NCBI GenBank assembly: GCA_907165135.1 | Contig: OU015566.1 | Coordinates: 5,208,001-5,272,000, forward strand | Reading direction: 5' to 3' | Source: Oikopleura dioica | Lineage: Eukaryota > Animalia > Chordata | Length of the DNA: 64,000 bases | Shown here: one piece after another, positions 1 to 12,924 of the stretch | Position numbering within the stretch: position 1 is the stretch's first letter | Layout: every line of letters starts with the position of its first letter | Notes under the pieces: generated by a model | Seen by the model: only the letters and a program-made list of their open reading frames with translations | Told to the model about the DNA's origin: nothing | Database searches by the model: none | Program-made: the position numbers and the translations under genes

Positions 1-3000
1 TTCGAGGTCTTCCACTAGACTAACGCCTCCAGTTAGAAGAAAGCGGTATCCAGGCTCGTCCAATCTTCCCGCTTGTTTCATCAGCGCCGTCGTCAGCGTG
101 AACGAGAATAAGAACTTGTCTTTTTCGAATAAAGAGCGGCAAATGTTTCTGTACAATCCCAGAGTAAAGTGATCGTTTAACTGGCAACTTCGCTTGGAAA
201 TATCCACTGTTTTCGCGTCGTAACCAGGCGCTCTCGATTTGACGATACTTTTCAGAAAAAGGTTAACAAACCATGTCAGACTGTATTGATACATTGGCTC
301 GATGGCAGCCAAATCCTGGACGCAGAAGAAAAGAACAGACGCGTGAATCGCTGTTGGCAGATATTCTGCTCGTGTCTGATCAATCTTCGCTTCCGTTAAT
401 GTTGCTTCCTTCTGCTTCGCTTGAATTTCTTCAGAAAGCGTCTTTGAGGAGCTCAGGATTTTAATCGCCGTCTCGTCTTCCAAAATATTTCCGTCCGACG
501 AAAGCACCTCCAAAATTTTGTCCTCGATTTCTTTTAATTTGTTTTTATTTTGAGCGCCTTCTACGATGAGTTTACTCTTCACTTCTGCCAAGTCCGGACG
601 CTCCTCTCCCGTCACAATTCCAAGAAGCTGGTCTGTGAGTCCATCGGGCGTGATCATGAAGTTCAAAATGCAAACTTTCACGGAAACCTCGGGCAAGTAG
701 TGAGGATTCCGGAGAACAGTCGTCAGATACAGTCGGAAATCTTTGTTCCACTCGATTGTCGAGTCTCCAAGTTTGATGCATTCGACTCCCTGCGACTTAA
801 AAGTCTGTTTCAATAAGACTGGTTCCAAAACCGAGTCAAGCTCTTCGCCAACATTTTCCAAGAGCATTGGCTGGCCGAATTGGATCGCAGTTTCGAGAGT
901 TCTCAAGTAATTCGGATTCGACATTTTCAGAACATGAAGCCCCTTCTCCATGTTTTTCACCCACTTGTTAGCTTGTCCTTGCGGATCAATCATAAGCGGC
1001 CAACGACGACTGGAGCTTTGGATGATCGCATTGTCTGTCGAGTACGCGTCAGCAGGGAGGCCGGCCAATCGCCAGTTGCGGATTTTAACTGGATCTCCGA
1101 GAATATCAGAAAGCGAAAAAACTGGGTTGTGTTCGATACCGACACTTTTCATTGCAACCATCCAGTTGTCGATCGCTTTTCTTCTAAAATCTGAAGTAAA
1201 GGGGCCGACATAAGCAGAATAGGCAGAAGCAAGAAGGACGTCGCCAGTGAGTCTTTCTAGCTGCTCTGTGAGTTCTTCCGCTCTCTTTTTCCAAGCTGCC
1301 TTTTCTCCGCCTAAGCCGGAAAGAAGTTTTTCCGCTCGATCAAGCTTCAATTCGCACATGTTGATGTCCTCTTCAAGCTCTCTTTTCTTCTGCTTCTTTT
1401 CCTCCAGTTCGTTCTCCATGGCTGTCAGTTTGTCGACGACCTCTTTCAACTCTGCCTGTTTGATCTTCAAAGTATCCATCTGAACCTTCAAATCATCTTC
1501 TGCCTGTTTGAGTGCGATCTTCTTTGGCGCCACGACTTTAGCTACTCTCTCGTAGACTTCCATTGCGATAATCCATTTGACCATTCCTTCACATGCGGTC
1601 GACACTTTTGCCACTGTCTCGGGCTTGAAGTCGTCCATCGGAATGTATTTCTCGCGGATCTTTTTAATGATCGCAGGAGGAATGTTGTCTTTGTCGTAGT
1701 TTTTGAGTGAGTCAAGGAATTTCACGTCTCCGACCATTTTCTGCGAGGGTCCCCAAAAGTCGTCCATCATTTTTCCATCGGGGCCTGGTTTTCGCTCTGA
1801 CTTGACGCCCTTCATCACGCAAACAGCCTCCAAAACAAGTCTGACCAGTGTCGGTGGGTTTTTGAATGACTTCAAGTTGGTTATATCGGCTGGCTTGAGC
1901 GTGTTCAGCGCGGAAATGGCCGATTTAAGTGCTGGCATTGCCACTGCCAGCTCAGCCTCGCAATCGTCTTTGATGGCTTTCGCCGCTGTGGCTGCTTCGT
2001 TTGCGATTGCCTCATCCGCTTGCACGAGCTCTTTTTTGGCGTCAACATCCACTTTGTCAACTTCTATTTTTTCCATGATTCTGACCGTCTCTTTTGAGGT
2101 TGCCTCAAGGACCGGCTGTTTCGCGATAATCTCTTCTTTCATAACATCAACTTGGGCTGCCGCAAAAGCGAGTTTTTCAAGACCTCCTAAATATCGCTCT
2201 TTAAGCTGCGTCACTGCAAGTCTTTTTTGCTGCAGAAGCTGTTTGAAAGTCATGATGAGCTCAAGATAATTAGTCGGAGTAAGATAGTTCTTTCGGCCTA
2301 GAATGGCAAAGAATTCTTCGGAAAGGTCACGAATGTTTTCGTGGAAATGTTTGCAGAGCTGAACACAACCTCGGTGTCCTGCATCCCCTAAGTCCAGCTC
2401 TTCCAAGAAAGTGTTGGCAACCATTTCCAAAGCATCTTCTGGCCAAGGATGAAACCAGTCGATTGTGCAACAAGAAATGAAACTGGGAAAACTGCGAAGA
2501 CGATTACGTAGAGCGTCGCCAATCGGCGAAAAAGTCAGGATAACGTGAAGATTACTTTTGACTCGCTCAACAAAGTAACCATACAGAGCGAGTGGTGTTG
2601 AATCTATCTTTCTGCCTGTTGCCTTCGCCGCAGCAGTCATCTTTTCTAAAATCTCTGCTTTTTCGTCTGGCGCAAAGAGATTCGGAATGTCTCCAGAATT
2701 AAGCAAGGAAGAAATATCTTCTAAGCAAGCCTCATCTTTCACTTGTTGATCGCCGAAAATGAATGTCGTAGGTTTGCCATCTGCTCCTGCTTTCATTAAA
2801 AGCCGTTTCATGTCATCCTTCCAGTCGTTCATGCTGTAAGAACGAGTAATCTCGAGGTGGAAGGGTTCAAAATCCTTCATGAAGGTGGCGAGTTTTGCAG
2901 CAGAGTTTCGCCCTGAGCCACCAACTCCGATGAGGAGAGCATGCCGCCTGGCTGCGCTAAAACTCGGCAGACTCTAGAAATATGCTCGATCGCGAAACGA

Positions 3001-6000
3001 AACATGACCAGCGACATAGGTGCGGTGGAAATTTGATTGTATTCCTCAAGGAAGCCCTCGACTGTCGTTTTGAGAGTTGTCATGTCGGAAATCTCGTTGT
3101 AGACCTTGGACTCGCCAGCAAAGTCTCCGAAGAAAAGTGAGCGCACGTGATCTGGCTCCAAAGAGGCGGAATTAGCCGAGAGATGCGAAAGAAGTTTTTC
3201 TAAAGGAACTTTGAATGCATCATTCGTTGCAGATTTGATGATTTCGAAGAATAATCTTTGATCATCGGCGTCCACCAGACGATCAGCGAACACCCGATTA
3301 CTTTCGTGAACCCAGAGACGGATAAATTTTTCTGGCGAGTCGAGCTGCGATGGTGGAGTTTGGAGACAACCGAGAGTTACCCTGCTAAAATCGCGGAGAT
3401 TGAAAATGTAATGAGATTTAGTTGGAGTTGGCAAAAACGTCTTGGTTGCTTGAGTGAAGAGATTTAAAGTTGCTTGGACAGCCTGGAGACCAATTCGCTG
3501 GAAAGAAGCATCGTAGTTGTTGCGTTTCATGTGGATTGACGTGATAGTGGAGAAAATGTGACTCATGGCTTCATCGGATAGCTCAGGGAGAGAGATAATG
3601 TTCATGTGGCGAGCCATCCTGTCATCTACGGTGTTTCCACTGGATGGTGGGCCCATCGCTGCCAAGAATTGAACATCTTGCAGCTGGAATTTGGTCATAT
3701 CTTTCAGATCGTAGAAAAAGTCCAAGTCAAGCCATGTTCTCAGCAGCTCAATCGGTCCTTTTGCACCGTATGTTTCCTTTTGAGGCAAACTCAAGTCATC
3801 GACAAAGACAAGGCATCGTTTTCCAACTGGAGGTCCGTAAATTCCTTTCCGCCTCCGGTCCATTTTCACCATAATTGCATCTTGAGTTTGGTGTGCTGTT
3901 GTTCTCGCCGAGAAATTGACAATTAGTGGCAAGTATCCAACTGAACCTTCTGTCTTCGATGCTTTCATCAACCAGGTTTGAGTAAGAGCGGTTTTGCCTG
4001 TTCCTGTCGGGCCAACAAAAAGTAGTGGCAACTGTCGACCTTGGACGAGTGTATTTAAGAAATAGTTTTGCTGTACCGTGGTTGCATTTGGAATGATCAT
4101 TTCTCTTGCGGAGATAGAAGCAGGGAACTCCACGGCTTCAATAAGATTCCTCCAACTCTCCCACTGCCCGTTTGCTTTTTTCAGGAAGCAATAATCGTGA
4201 ACCAGTCCTTTTTCTGGAATAGCAACAAGTTTGTTCATTTTGATTGTCTTTGGCCGAGGGTGCTCGTCCTTCATTCCAGAGAGGAGCGGACGCAAGAAAC
4301 GGTTGAATTGTTCTCTGCCTTCTTCGCTCAATGTTGCTCCAAATGACCAGATCAGTGAAAATTGAAATAAACCAATGAGCCAGTTGGATGCCTGAACAAG
4401 GCTAAGCTCGTCTCCCGATCTCCATTCATCCAGATTCGCATCAAATAATTTCAAAAACGCGCTTGTCATGTGCTGGCCACCGGATGACATCATAAATTTC
4501 TGCTTTCCCAAGAACTCTAAGCAAGGCGTAAAGAGCCAGTTAAACATGTCCATCAACATTTCTTTCTCCGACTCTTGAATTCCACTTGGCAATGTGCTCA
4601 TAAAACACTTGACGAGTGGTTTCCAGCCGAGCTGATAAGGTTCAAGATATATCATTCCACAACGAGATACAGTGGCAGGTGAGGCCTGCTCCAGATCCGC
4701 CGGTTCGAAAATCATGCTCATAGTTGAGCCCATCTGAATTATCTCTCCCGACATTAGACAGAGTTTTTTGTTGTCATCAAGGACAGTGTTCATGTTTTCA
4801 ATCCAAACAGCATCTACTGGTCCGTCGAAGATCAACCACTGCCGCGCGTTTTTTGTGCCACAGAGATTCGCTTGCTCTCGGTAATTTATTGCCAGGACAC
4901 CGTCTGACCACTCATGGGAAACGGGATCGAAAGAACCATAAAGCTGGTTCATTGTAATTGACTTCGGATTGATGACTCTGTACTCGATCGGTAGAATTTC
5001 CTCGCTGTCTTCAGACATGATTGTAAGCGCTTCGGCAAGGCAAGAATAGTTGACTGTTTTGCCTCCCATGGTAGCACCGACGATCATAAAACCATGCCGA
5101 ACAATCATCATTTCGTAAATTTGCTGGATTTTAGTTTTCACCCAGTCCGTGGGATCAAGATTACGTGCTCTCATTACTTTTTCAATAGTTGCGTTGAGCG
5201 TTATGTAATCGGGCTGCGGAAGCTCTGTTCCTGGGAATAGATCGGAAACGATTCCATTGAACAGTGGAACGTCTTGAGCCAAGAACTTGGGCAAGTTGAC
5301 ATCAATAATTGCCCTAAGCATAAGAATACTCTCATCTTCCTCTGGCTGTTGAAGTTTAAGATTTCCAGCTGCTGTTAAAACCGATTTTACAGCTCGCATA
5401 CCGTAATCGTAGTGGTGCTGGGAGGACAGCTGTTCCGAGCAGAGTTTGTAAGTAGCCACGATTTTCTGAGCAAGAGATCTTGAGTTTCCAAATCCCATCG
5501 AATAGAGGGAAATTTCACCGATCATTCCGTAATCTGGAACCATCATCGCAACTGGTCTAAACAGAACCTTGAGGTTATCTGGCAGTTCAGAGCGGCCAGC
5601 ATATCCCGGATTCATTGTTATGAAAACAGCGCATTGCGCATTCAAGTTCAAATCGGTTCCCTCAAAATTAAACCTCGTCTTTCCTTCGCCTACTGCTTTC
5701 TGAATGCAAAGAATCTGCTGCGCCACGACCGAAAGCACTTCTATTTCAATTCGGTTGAACTCGTCAAAACAGGCCCAAGCCCCACAAGCAGCCAAGCCTT
5801 TGAAAAACTTTCCCATTGCCTTGTAGTCCAGCCCATCCGAGCAGTTAAAAACGACGCACTGCTTTGCTAATGCTTTTGCTAGATCTTTTGTTGTTTCAGT
5901 TTTACCAGTTCCGGCTGGTCCCTCAGGAGCACCTCCCAAATTGAGTTTGAGAGCTCCCATCAGTGTTCGATAGCATCTGTCTGTGAGTGGTGTAATGACC

Positions 6001-9000
6001 AGTCGTGGTGAATTTCCGAGGTATTCGTAGCCATAGGGATACTCGGTGTTAATCAAGTGGACGTAAACTTCGTCTTGTTCGCCATCCTTGTTGATGTAGT
6101 AGCGAACTTGTTTCAACCAGTCGAAATCATTCACATTGGAGATATTTTCCTCAGCAAGCTCTTTGATCACGTCTCTTGCATGAACGTCCAATACTGTCAA
6201 AGCAGAGAGGGAAGTTCTTATACCGGTCGGAAGTTTACTGCGAACGAGTAAAACTATATCGCCGATTTGATCTGTTAGTTTCTGACAATACGTCTTCAGT
6301 GATCCGTTTTTGATTGCTTCTTCGGCCTCCGACGTCCAGAAAACTTGAGATCCAGAAAGAACGACTTGTCCAGGCCACTTTTGAACCCACTCCGCTCGTT
6401 TCGTAAAAGCATAATCATCCGTCCCAGCAAGACTTACTCGACGGATATTTTTCAACATAGACTCTTCGACCTGTAGAAGCCACTTTTCGACCATTCCTCT
6501 TGCTAGAGCTGGGTCTATCTTCTCATCAAAGGGAACCTCTTCTTTCTCGCTCGAGATCATGGCGAGTATTTCTAGTTTCGCATTAAAATTGAGCTTGGCG
6601 ATACCTTCAAAGCACTTTTTCAGGTGCGGCTGAACTCGAGTTGGGTCTTTCGTCTCCGAAAGAATTTCCAAAAGCTCATCATTGGAAAGAAAGAAAAATC
6701 GATTGAAGAAGAGACGTTTTTCTTCGAGATAATCATTGAGACCCTTTTGAATGAGCTCAAGTAGTTCTAAAGCTTCCCGAAGTCGACCAAGCAATCCAGG
6801 TTGATCAGTGGCAACTAAAACAGAAGGATCCTCTGCCGTTGCTGCCATGCACTCTTTCCAAGTTCCATCGACAATAGTAAAGCGACGTCCTTCTTCCGGC
6901 ATTTGAGCCATTATATCTTCGGAACTAAAAATCGGCTCCAGATAGAGCCACGCAGCTTGTACTTTAAGCCAAACATCGAGGACATCTTGCATGAGTATAA
7001 GTTTGTCGTCCCACGCCTAAATAATTTTCAGTATCATCGTCGATTATAAACCGCGATTGGCATTTCTGAGGTCTTTCAACAACAACAGTGTATATTTATC
7101 TTCATTTTGTATTTTTGTGATTTTTTAGGAAAATCATGCATTTTGTGGTTTGTTGTGCTGATTCATAATTAGTTTAAAAGTGCTCTTTTTTTAATTTCTG
7201 ATTTGTGCGTTGTTTAAATACCTGGAAACTTTTCTCGAAATACTTGAGATAGACTGAGCCTCTCATTGTCATCGCTTTCAGAATATGATCATCCAAAAGA
7301 ATGAAAATATCATCGAGCGACGAGAGAATAGAAACGTCCTAAATGAGAATGTTAACGAACCTTGAAATCTTCCGCAAACGCTCCTAAATAAGGAGAAGAT
7401 CGTAAAGCTTGACACTTGATGAGCTGGTCGTCCAGAAGAATCTGGATTTCATCCATACCTCCGAAAATACTTACGCTCTTAATTCCGTATAAATGTTTAA
7501 TAAAAGTAAAAGAAATTGAAAAAAGCAAGTCATTACCGTGTCACGATAAGGCAAAAGCGTGAATTTCATCTCCTGCCAGTCTTCCTTCATCTTATTCAGG
7601 GTTTTCTCCAGAGCATATTCCTTGGCAGCAGAGACAGCGATCTCTTCGAGCTTCGGTAAGTGCTGCCCAAGATTGAATTCAAGCATTTGTAAAAGAGTTG
7701 TGTCTTCGTCGGGGCGAATGTCAGTTCCTACAACGACTTCGACGCGGTCCCAGTGCCGCGGCCGCATTCCATTTGCTCCAAGAGCTTGAATGATCGGCAA
7801 ATCGCGCTTGAACTTGTCGATCTTTGTTCGAACAGTATCTGCCATTCTTCGTGGAGCGGGAGTGTCTGAAAATACTTTCGAAAGCTTGAAAAGAAGCCTC
7901 CACATGTTGCTGATGTCCTCGGCCATCTCTTCGACTTGTAATTTTCGAAATGTTCCATTAAGCCAGTTTTCGCTTTTGATATTCCAGTCATTTACTGTTT
8001 CCCAAAGTTGCTGGAATGGATGCATTTCCCGAATTCCATCTGGGTGTGCCTCAAAAACAGACTCTTCTCGCTCCAATAGCCGCTCTTCAAAGTTCAAATG
8101 TTCAATTCGTTCGCCTACTCTATCCAAATCGACCCTCAACGTAGACAAAACCTCTACAAATCGTTTTGTTTCCTCACTCGAATTCGTCTCCTCCATGTTG
8201 AATTTTTCGATCGCTTTGGATATTCGCTCAAGCTCAACTTCGATCTCTTTCGATTTTTTACGGACTGTGTTTTCCGCTGCCACTTTTTTCACAGCGAATT
8301 TTTCTTCGTTAAAATCGAGCACATTTCGCAAATGCTCGGGCTGTGAAAGCACGTTGTAGTTGATTCGGTAGTCTTCGTCTTCTAATGTTGCGAACTCGAT
8401 CAGGAATCCGAGGCGAATCCCCGCTTTTTGAACGCGGGCTGAAAGAGCATCTTTTTTACTTTTGACGACTTCGCGCAAGTAATTCATCGTGTTCACAAGT
8501 TGCTCGGTGTCTTCCGGCTCTCGGGCTAGTTTACGCCCGATTTCTTCGTACTCGCGATTGATTTGCCGATTCAATTGGCGGTTTTTCTGCACTTGATCTT
8601 CTACGATTCGATTTTCAAGGTCTTTAACGAGCTCTACAAGCTCAGAATTGATCTGCGTGCAATCAAGGAAGAAAATTCCAAGTTGACAATTCGGATAGAG
8701 CCCATTTATTTGATTTAAAACAGCTCTCAGTTTCATTATTCTGGCGGCGATGTCTTCACACTCTCTGTCACTCGACTCGAAAATAAAAGTACTCACTGCT
8801 TCCAATTCACTCCCTGAAAGAATAGAATCAAAGGGAGAGTACACTTCCAAAAACGTTTCCGCATTCGGAACATGCTGGCTGACGACGTAATCAGCTCTTG
8901 CGAGAAGAGAGACAACCCAATCTTCTGAGGGCAAAACTGGGAATAGATTCTGCGTCTGCAACTGATCAATGTGCTCAGGAAACAGCAAAAGCTCTAGTCT

Positions 9001-10796
9001 GTTGAGCCCGCTGCCAGATTCGATGATGTACTCGAAGCATGTTCCGAGCATTTCTTTTGTTGTCTCGAGACTCGGCGAGAAAGCAGGCTGGGGAGAGTCG
9101 TTTGCCACAAGTTTCAGATTCAAAACTGGCTTTTTCTGAATGTATTCCAAAAGATCATAGTTATGCGCCTTTTTTAAAACGGCGGGGTCTTTATGCACTT
9201 CGATGAATTCGACGATGCGAGTGAGTGAGTCTTTTACAAGCTGGCGAACTTGAGATGACATTAACGCTGCAACGCAATTGAATAGCTCCATTATATCTCT
9301 CACGGCGTCGGGATCATTTCTTTTGAGTAAATTAACGTTGTATCGCTTTTGGCTGCTCTGAAAATGATCTTCCAGGATTTCCGCAGCTTTTGGAAGCCAC
9401 TGCGTCACCAGAACATCTCTCACTTCATCACTCCGATTATTTACAGCTTGAATAAACTCTTGTGGGCTTTTGTGGCCGTCAAATGTCTCCTCGTCGCCGA
9501 GAAAAATAGCTGTGAGCGAAATTGAACATCCCAAAGTTTTGTTAGCTCGTAAATAGGAGCAGACGTTGTGTGCAGATGTTTTTCGCAGAAATTTTTTGAA
9601 GACAAGAACTCATCATGCCAAGGAACTGGTGCTCTGATTGTATTGAGCTTGGGCGACTCGTGGGGAATCTCAATTTTCAGCCGCTTTTGCTCGTATGGAT
9701 CAAAATTGGGCTCGGCAACCTGCGTAGAAAACCTGAGTCAGGTATCTGAAAGAATTTTCATAATAGACTCCCATGGACTAAAATTCTTGTAGCGGGTAAG
9801 CCGCATTTGCTTTACTAACGCGGCTTTTATGAAAACTTTTTCAGAGCCCTGTCTTCTGTTTTCCGCGCAGATAGCCGAGCCCAAGATCCAAGAGAATAAA
9901 GTCAAGAATTGACTGTTTTGTCGCGTCCAGATACTCTTCCATGATTTCATTTCTTAATTCTTTTTCTACCCATTCATAGCGCCCGCGAAGATTCGATTTC
10001 TCCAAAATAGTTTGGAACGATTTCTCATGCAAAGGTTCAAGATCGTTTGTTGGAATCTTCCGCTTCAGAACTTTCATTCGTTCCAAATCAGAACTTGTGG
10101 AGTCAAGAAACCGAGCAGGAGCCTTTCGCCGCTGCTCCATTGGTGACATTGGTCTTGAAGGTGGCGCCTCCGGTCGTGCTTCATACTCTTCGTTTAGTTT
10201 CTTGTGCGACAAAGTGCTCACTTTTGGATCTGGACGATGTTTTATTGCTCGAACTTTGAGATCGCGCGCTTTCGGACAGTAATTATTTCCAATCCGGTCG
10301 GAGTGATGGCGACTTTTCCAGCCCTCTTTGAATGGCTTTACTGTGATAATTATTTTTAAGGGAATGGAAGTGTTAGTTTTATCAGATAAATGACTGCTTA
10401 TCAAAAAAACTCAGTTAATGTTCGAAGATTAAATTTTCTTCTTTTAGAAACAAAAATAAACTGGCTTCTATCCAAAATCTTCGAGATTCGCCGCGATTGT
10501 TATTGAAAAACTGGCGATAAATCGACAATAGCGAAAAATAAAGAGGAAAAATGAAAATATCGGGGATTATCTTCCTCTTTTCCTCTGTTTTCACGAAAAA
10601 CTCCAATTCGCACCTTCCGGACCTTTTCATTAGTTGACGGATAAGAAATATCATATAACCAAAGATATATTCAATTCTCACATTCCTGAAGCTTTGCCGT
10701 GGAAAACTCATTGATCACAGGCTCGTAATTAGGAGCTCGATACTGGGTCTTCCTTGGGTAGCGATAGTCGTCATGACCGTCTGATGCCTTTCTCAT
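1..10796 (-). CDS. DNAH3: Axonemal inner-arm dynein heavy chain, DNAH3-like (DNAH3/7/12 group); 3' end lies beyond the window start. Exons ~10796-10683, 10342-~9885, ~9705-7539, alternative exons 7477-7361 / 7338-7222, then 7016-1
   Basis: AAA1 P-loop [47 protein letters not shown]; AAA3 GPTGTGKT; stalk/MTBD ([15 protein letters not shown]); [14 protein letters not shown]. Apparent 1-nt deletions at ~2944 and ~9503. Paralog choice rests on recalled similarity and is less certain than the family call. Confidence 0.9.
7222..7338 (-). other. Dynein alternative exon B (117 nt, phase 0/0): [39 protein letters not shown]
   Basis: catttag| acceptor and CAG|gtattt donor; same length and phase as exon A, 22 nt away from it. 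Confidence 0.85.
7361..7477 (-). other. Dynein alternative exon A (117 nt, phase 0/0): [39 protein letters not shown]
   Basis: aattaag| acceptor and AAG|gttcg donor; open frame homologous to exon B and to the dynein segment after YRDT. Confidence 0.8.
9706..9884. mobile_element. hAT-type MITE family 1 (TIR NNGGGCTCGGCAACCTG) interrupting dynein coding sequence
   Basis: Ends TTGGGCTCGGCAACCTG ... CAGATAGCCGAGCCCAA; 8-bp flanks GATCAAAA/GATCCAAG (6/8 identical); the protein reads ILLD before and PYEQKRL after it. Confidence 0.8.
10396..10630. repeat. ~235-bp interspersed repeat in dynein intron 1; a second copy at 18146-18167 + 18722-18935 is split by a piggyBac-like MITE
   Basis: Near-identical sequence (cttatcaaaaaaactcagttaatgttcgaagattaa...ccggaccttttcat) at both sites. 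Confidence 0.85.
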
Positions 10797-11521
10797 CCTC
10801 TTCTTGCTCAAATCATTCTTTTAATTAATATTCGAACAAACAAAAAATGCTCTGTGATTTCTCTCTTGAAAGTAATCTCAGAAAAGTGATCCTCTTAGCA
10901 GGTCGCTTAGCAACTTGTGTTTGCATAATGAACGTGCGTTGAACACATTATGCCACTAAGAAGCGTTAGTTCAAGTACTTATACAAGAAACATGTTTTTT
11001 CTTATTTTAAGATTTGCCCCAATATTATATGTAAGGATTTTCACGGGAGCATGAGGGTCTCTTTTTCACTATCACAACTACCCTTCTTTGCCATAATTTA
11101 TGATAATAAATTTATAATAAACTTTTTAAGATCAAAAACATTATTTTTCAAGAAATATAGTTTTAGTGCTGATTCCCAATATCGAATTTAATCTAAGAAA
11201 ATAAATCTTGTATAATCAATGATTCGTATTTTTGCTACAGTGATATGAGCGGTTTCCGCACCCCTATTTTTCGCCTTTAAAAATTCATATGTTTTGACTC
11301 AGATATGATATTTGATTTCTGTTTCTAGTAATGAAATTCTCAAGCTATTTTCTATTAGGGAAGAATACAATAAATTTTATCTTTTTTAACCCCTGCCCGC
11401 ATGAAAAATTTGTCACCCCTGCCCGCATATCGACCTACGCGTAGGTCTGGCCTTTTGAGGGTCTTTCGGTCGTGATAAAATTTTCGAAAGGACATGGATA
11501 GAAAGGTTAAAGGCTGAGCTA

Positions 11522-11804
11522 CCATGGAGTTGAGCTCCAAGTGGAGATAGGAGAATCTGAGCGACGCTGGCCCTGAGCGTCGCTCAATGTGGAGCGCGCC
11601 TAATTCAGCGCCAAAACCTGGACTTCGTCTTCTCGATTCTGTGATTGGCTGAATCCCTTCATTTCCGCAGAAATGAGTTTCGAGATTCTTCTGAAGCGCC
11701 CACCACGCGCTAAGGAAAATTTCTAGACTTCCCTGCGAGTGATCTGCGCGGGAAACGGGAAAGGGGACCCGGGGGCTTTCTCCACTTAGAGCTCAACTCT
11801 ATGG
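11522..11804. mobile_element. MITE with TA TSD (Tc1/mariner/pogo-like)
   Basis: TA|CCATGGAGTTGAGCTCCAAGTGGAGA ... TCTCCACTTAGAGCTCAACTCTATGG|TA. Confidence 0.8.
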
Positions 11805-12924
11805 TATCTCCTGGTCATGATCAAATGTCAAATGTCAGATTTCAAATGTCAACAAATGTCATTTTTCCGAGACTACTCTTTTTTATAGAAGAATAACTCA
11901 TTCTGAATAAGTCTTTAGCGCTCCAAATCTCGTCCAAAATCAATTCAAATATTTTAATACGGCCATACAAATATATATATATATATATACATACAAAATT
12001 AAGAGTTTATAACTTGTTCTACAAACTGAGCATTAATATGATTAAAAAGATAATCTGAAAAATGAAAAAGAAAAAAAATTGACTTGTCAATGAGATCAAA
12101 ATTTCGCTCAATTGCTAAAATCTTAAATTTTTGAATAAAAACTTTTTTGACCTCAGATCCTGATTCTCCGTTAAAAAGTAGTTCCATAAGTAGGGATCAG
12201 CTTTTTAGAAAATATTTACCAAACGCGAGATAATCGCGTTTAAAAATCAATTTACCTACGCGTAGGTCGATATTAGGGTTCGCAATAGGGTAGGCCAAAA
12301 AAAGGGATGGTCCTTAGATTTCCTCAAAACTTTCAATAATCATAGTTTTTCACCCATATATTTATTTTCAATAATAATTTGAAAAAAAAAATTTTCTTTT
12401 CCTAGATTTCCGAAGGGTTGAAAACCGAAAAAACGTGTTTTTGGGCGATAAGTTTTTCCCAAGCTCCATTTCAAAAGATTTTCTTCCGTATGTGGAAAGA
12501 TCACAATAAGACGAACATTTTGAGTACTCAACGGACCCTCTAGCGGTAGCGGAAGACATTCAAAATTGAAAAAGAAAGGTTATGCGATAGTGGGATCTCT
12601 ATAGTGCAGGAGTCGATTTTCTTATCATCCTTGTATGGGGGTGATTAACATATCTACCGAAAGCTTATGATCTACTTAACATTTTGACATGAGACTATTG
12701 GTCATTGGGGGTCACGTGAGGTCACATGACCTCAAAATAAAAAGAACATTAATGAAATCTTCATTGAAAAATGCGGCAAGCAAAACATAAAAAATTCTGA
12801 TTAATATTAAGCAATTACAAAATCATCATTGAAAATTCGAATATAAGGGTCGCGAGTTCGAATCCCAGTATGACCAATTTTTTTTTTTTGCTTAAAAAAC
12901 GAACACTTGATTTATTTTAAATAA

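Noticed and set aside
2877-2950. Premature end of the dynein ORF suggesting a truncated gene or programmed frameshift
   Set aside because: Conserved sequence ([12 protein letters not shown]) continues in the adjacent frame after one missing base, matching the window-wide deletion pattern.
273-8359. Numerous + strand ORFs over the dynein gene
   Set aside because: Antisense shadows of the long dynein coding frame.
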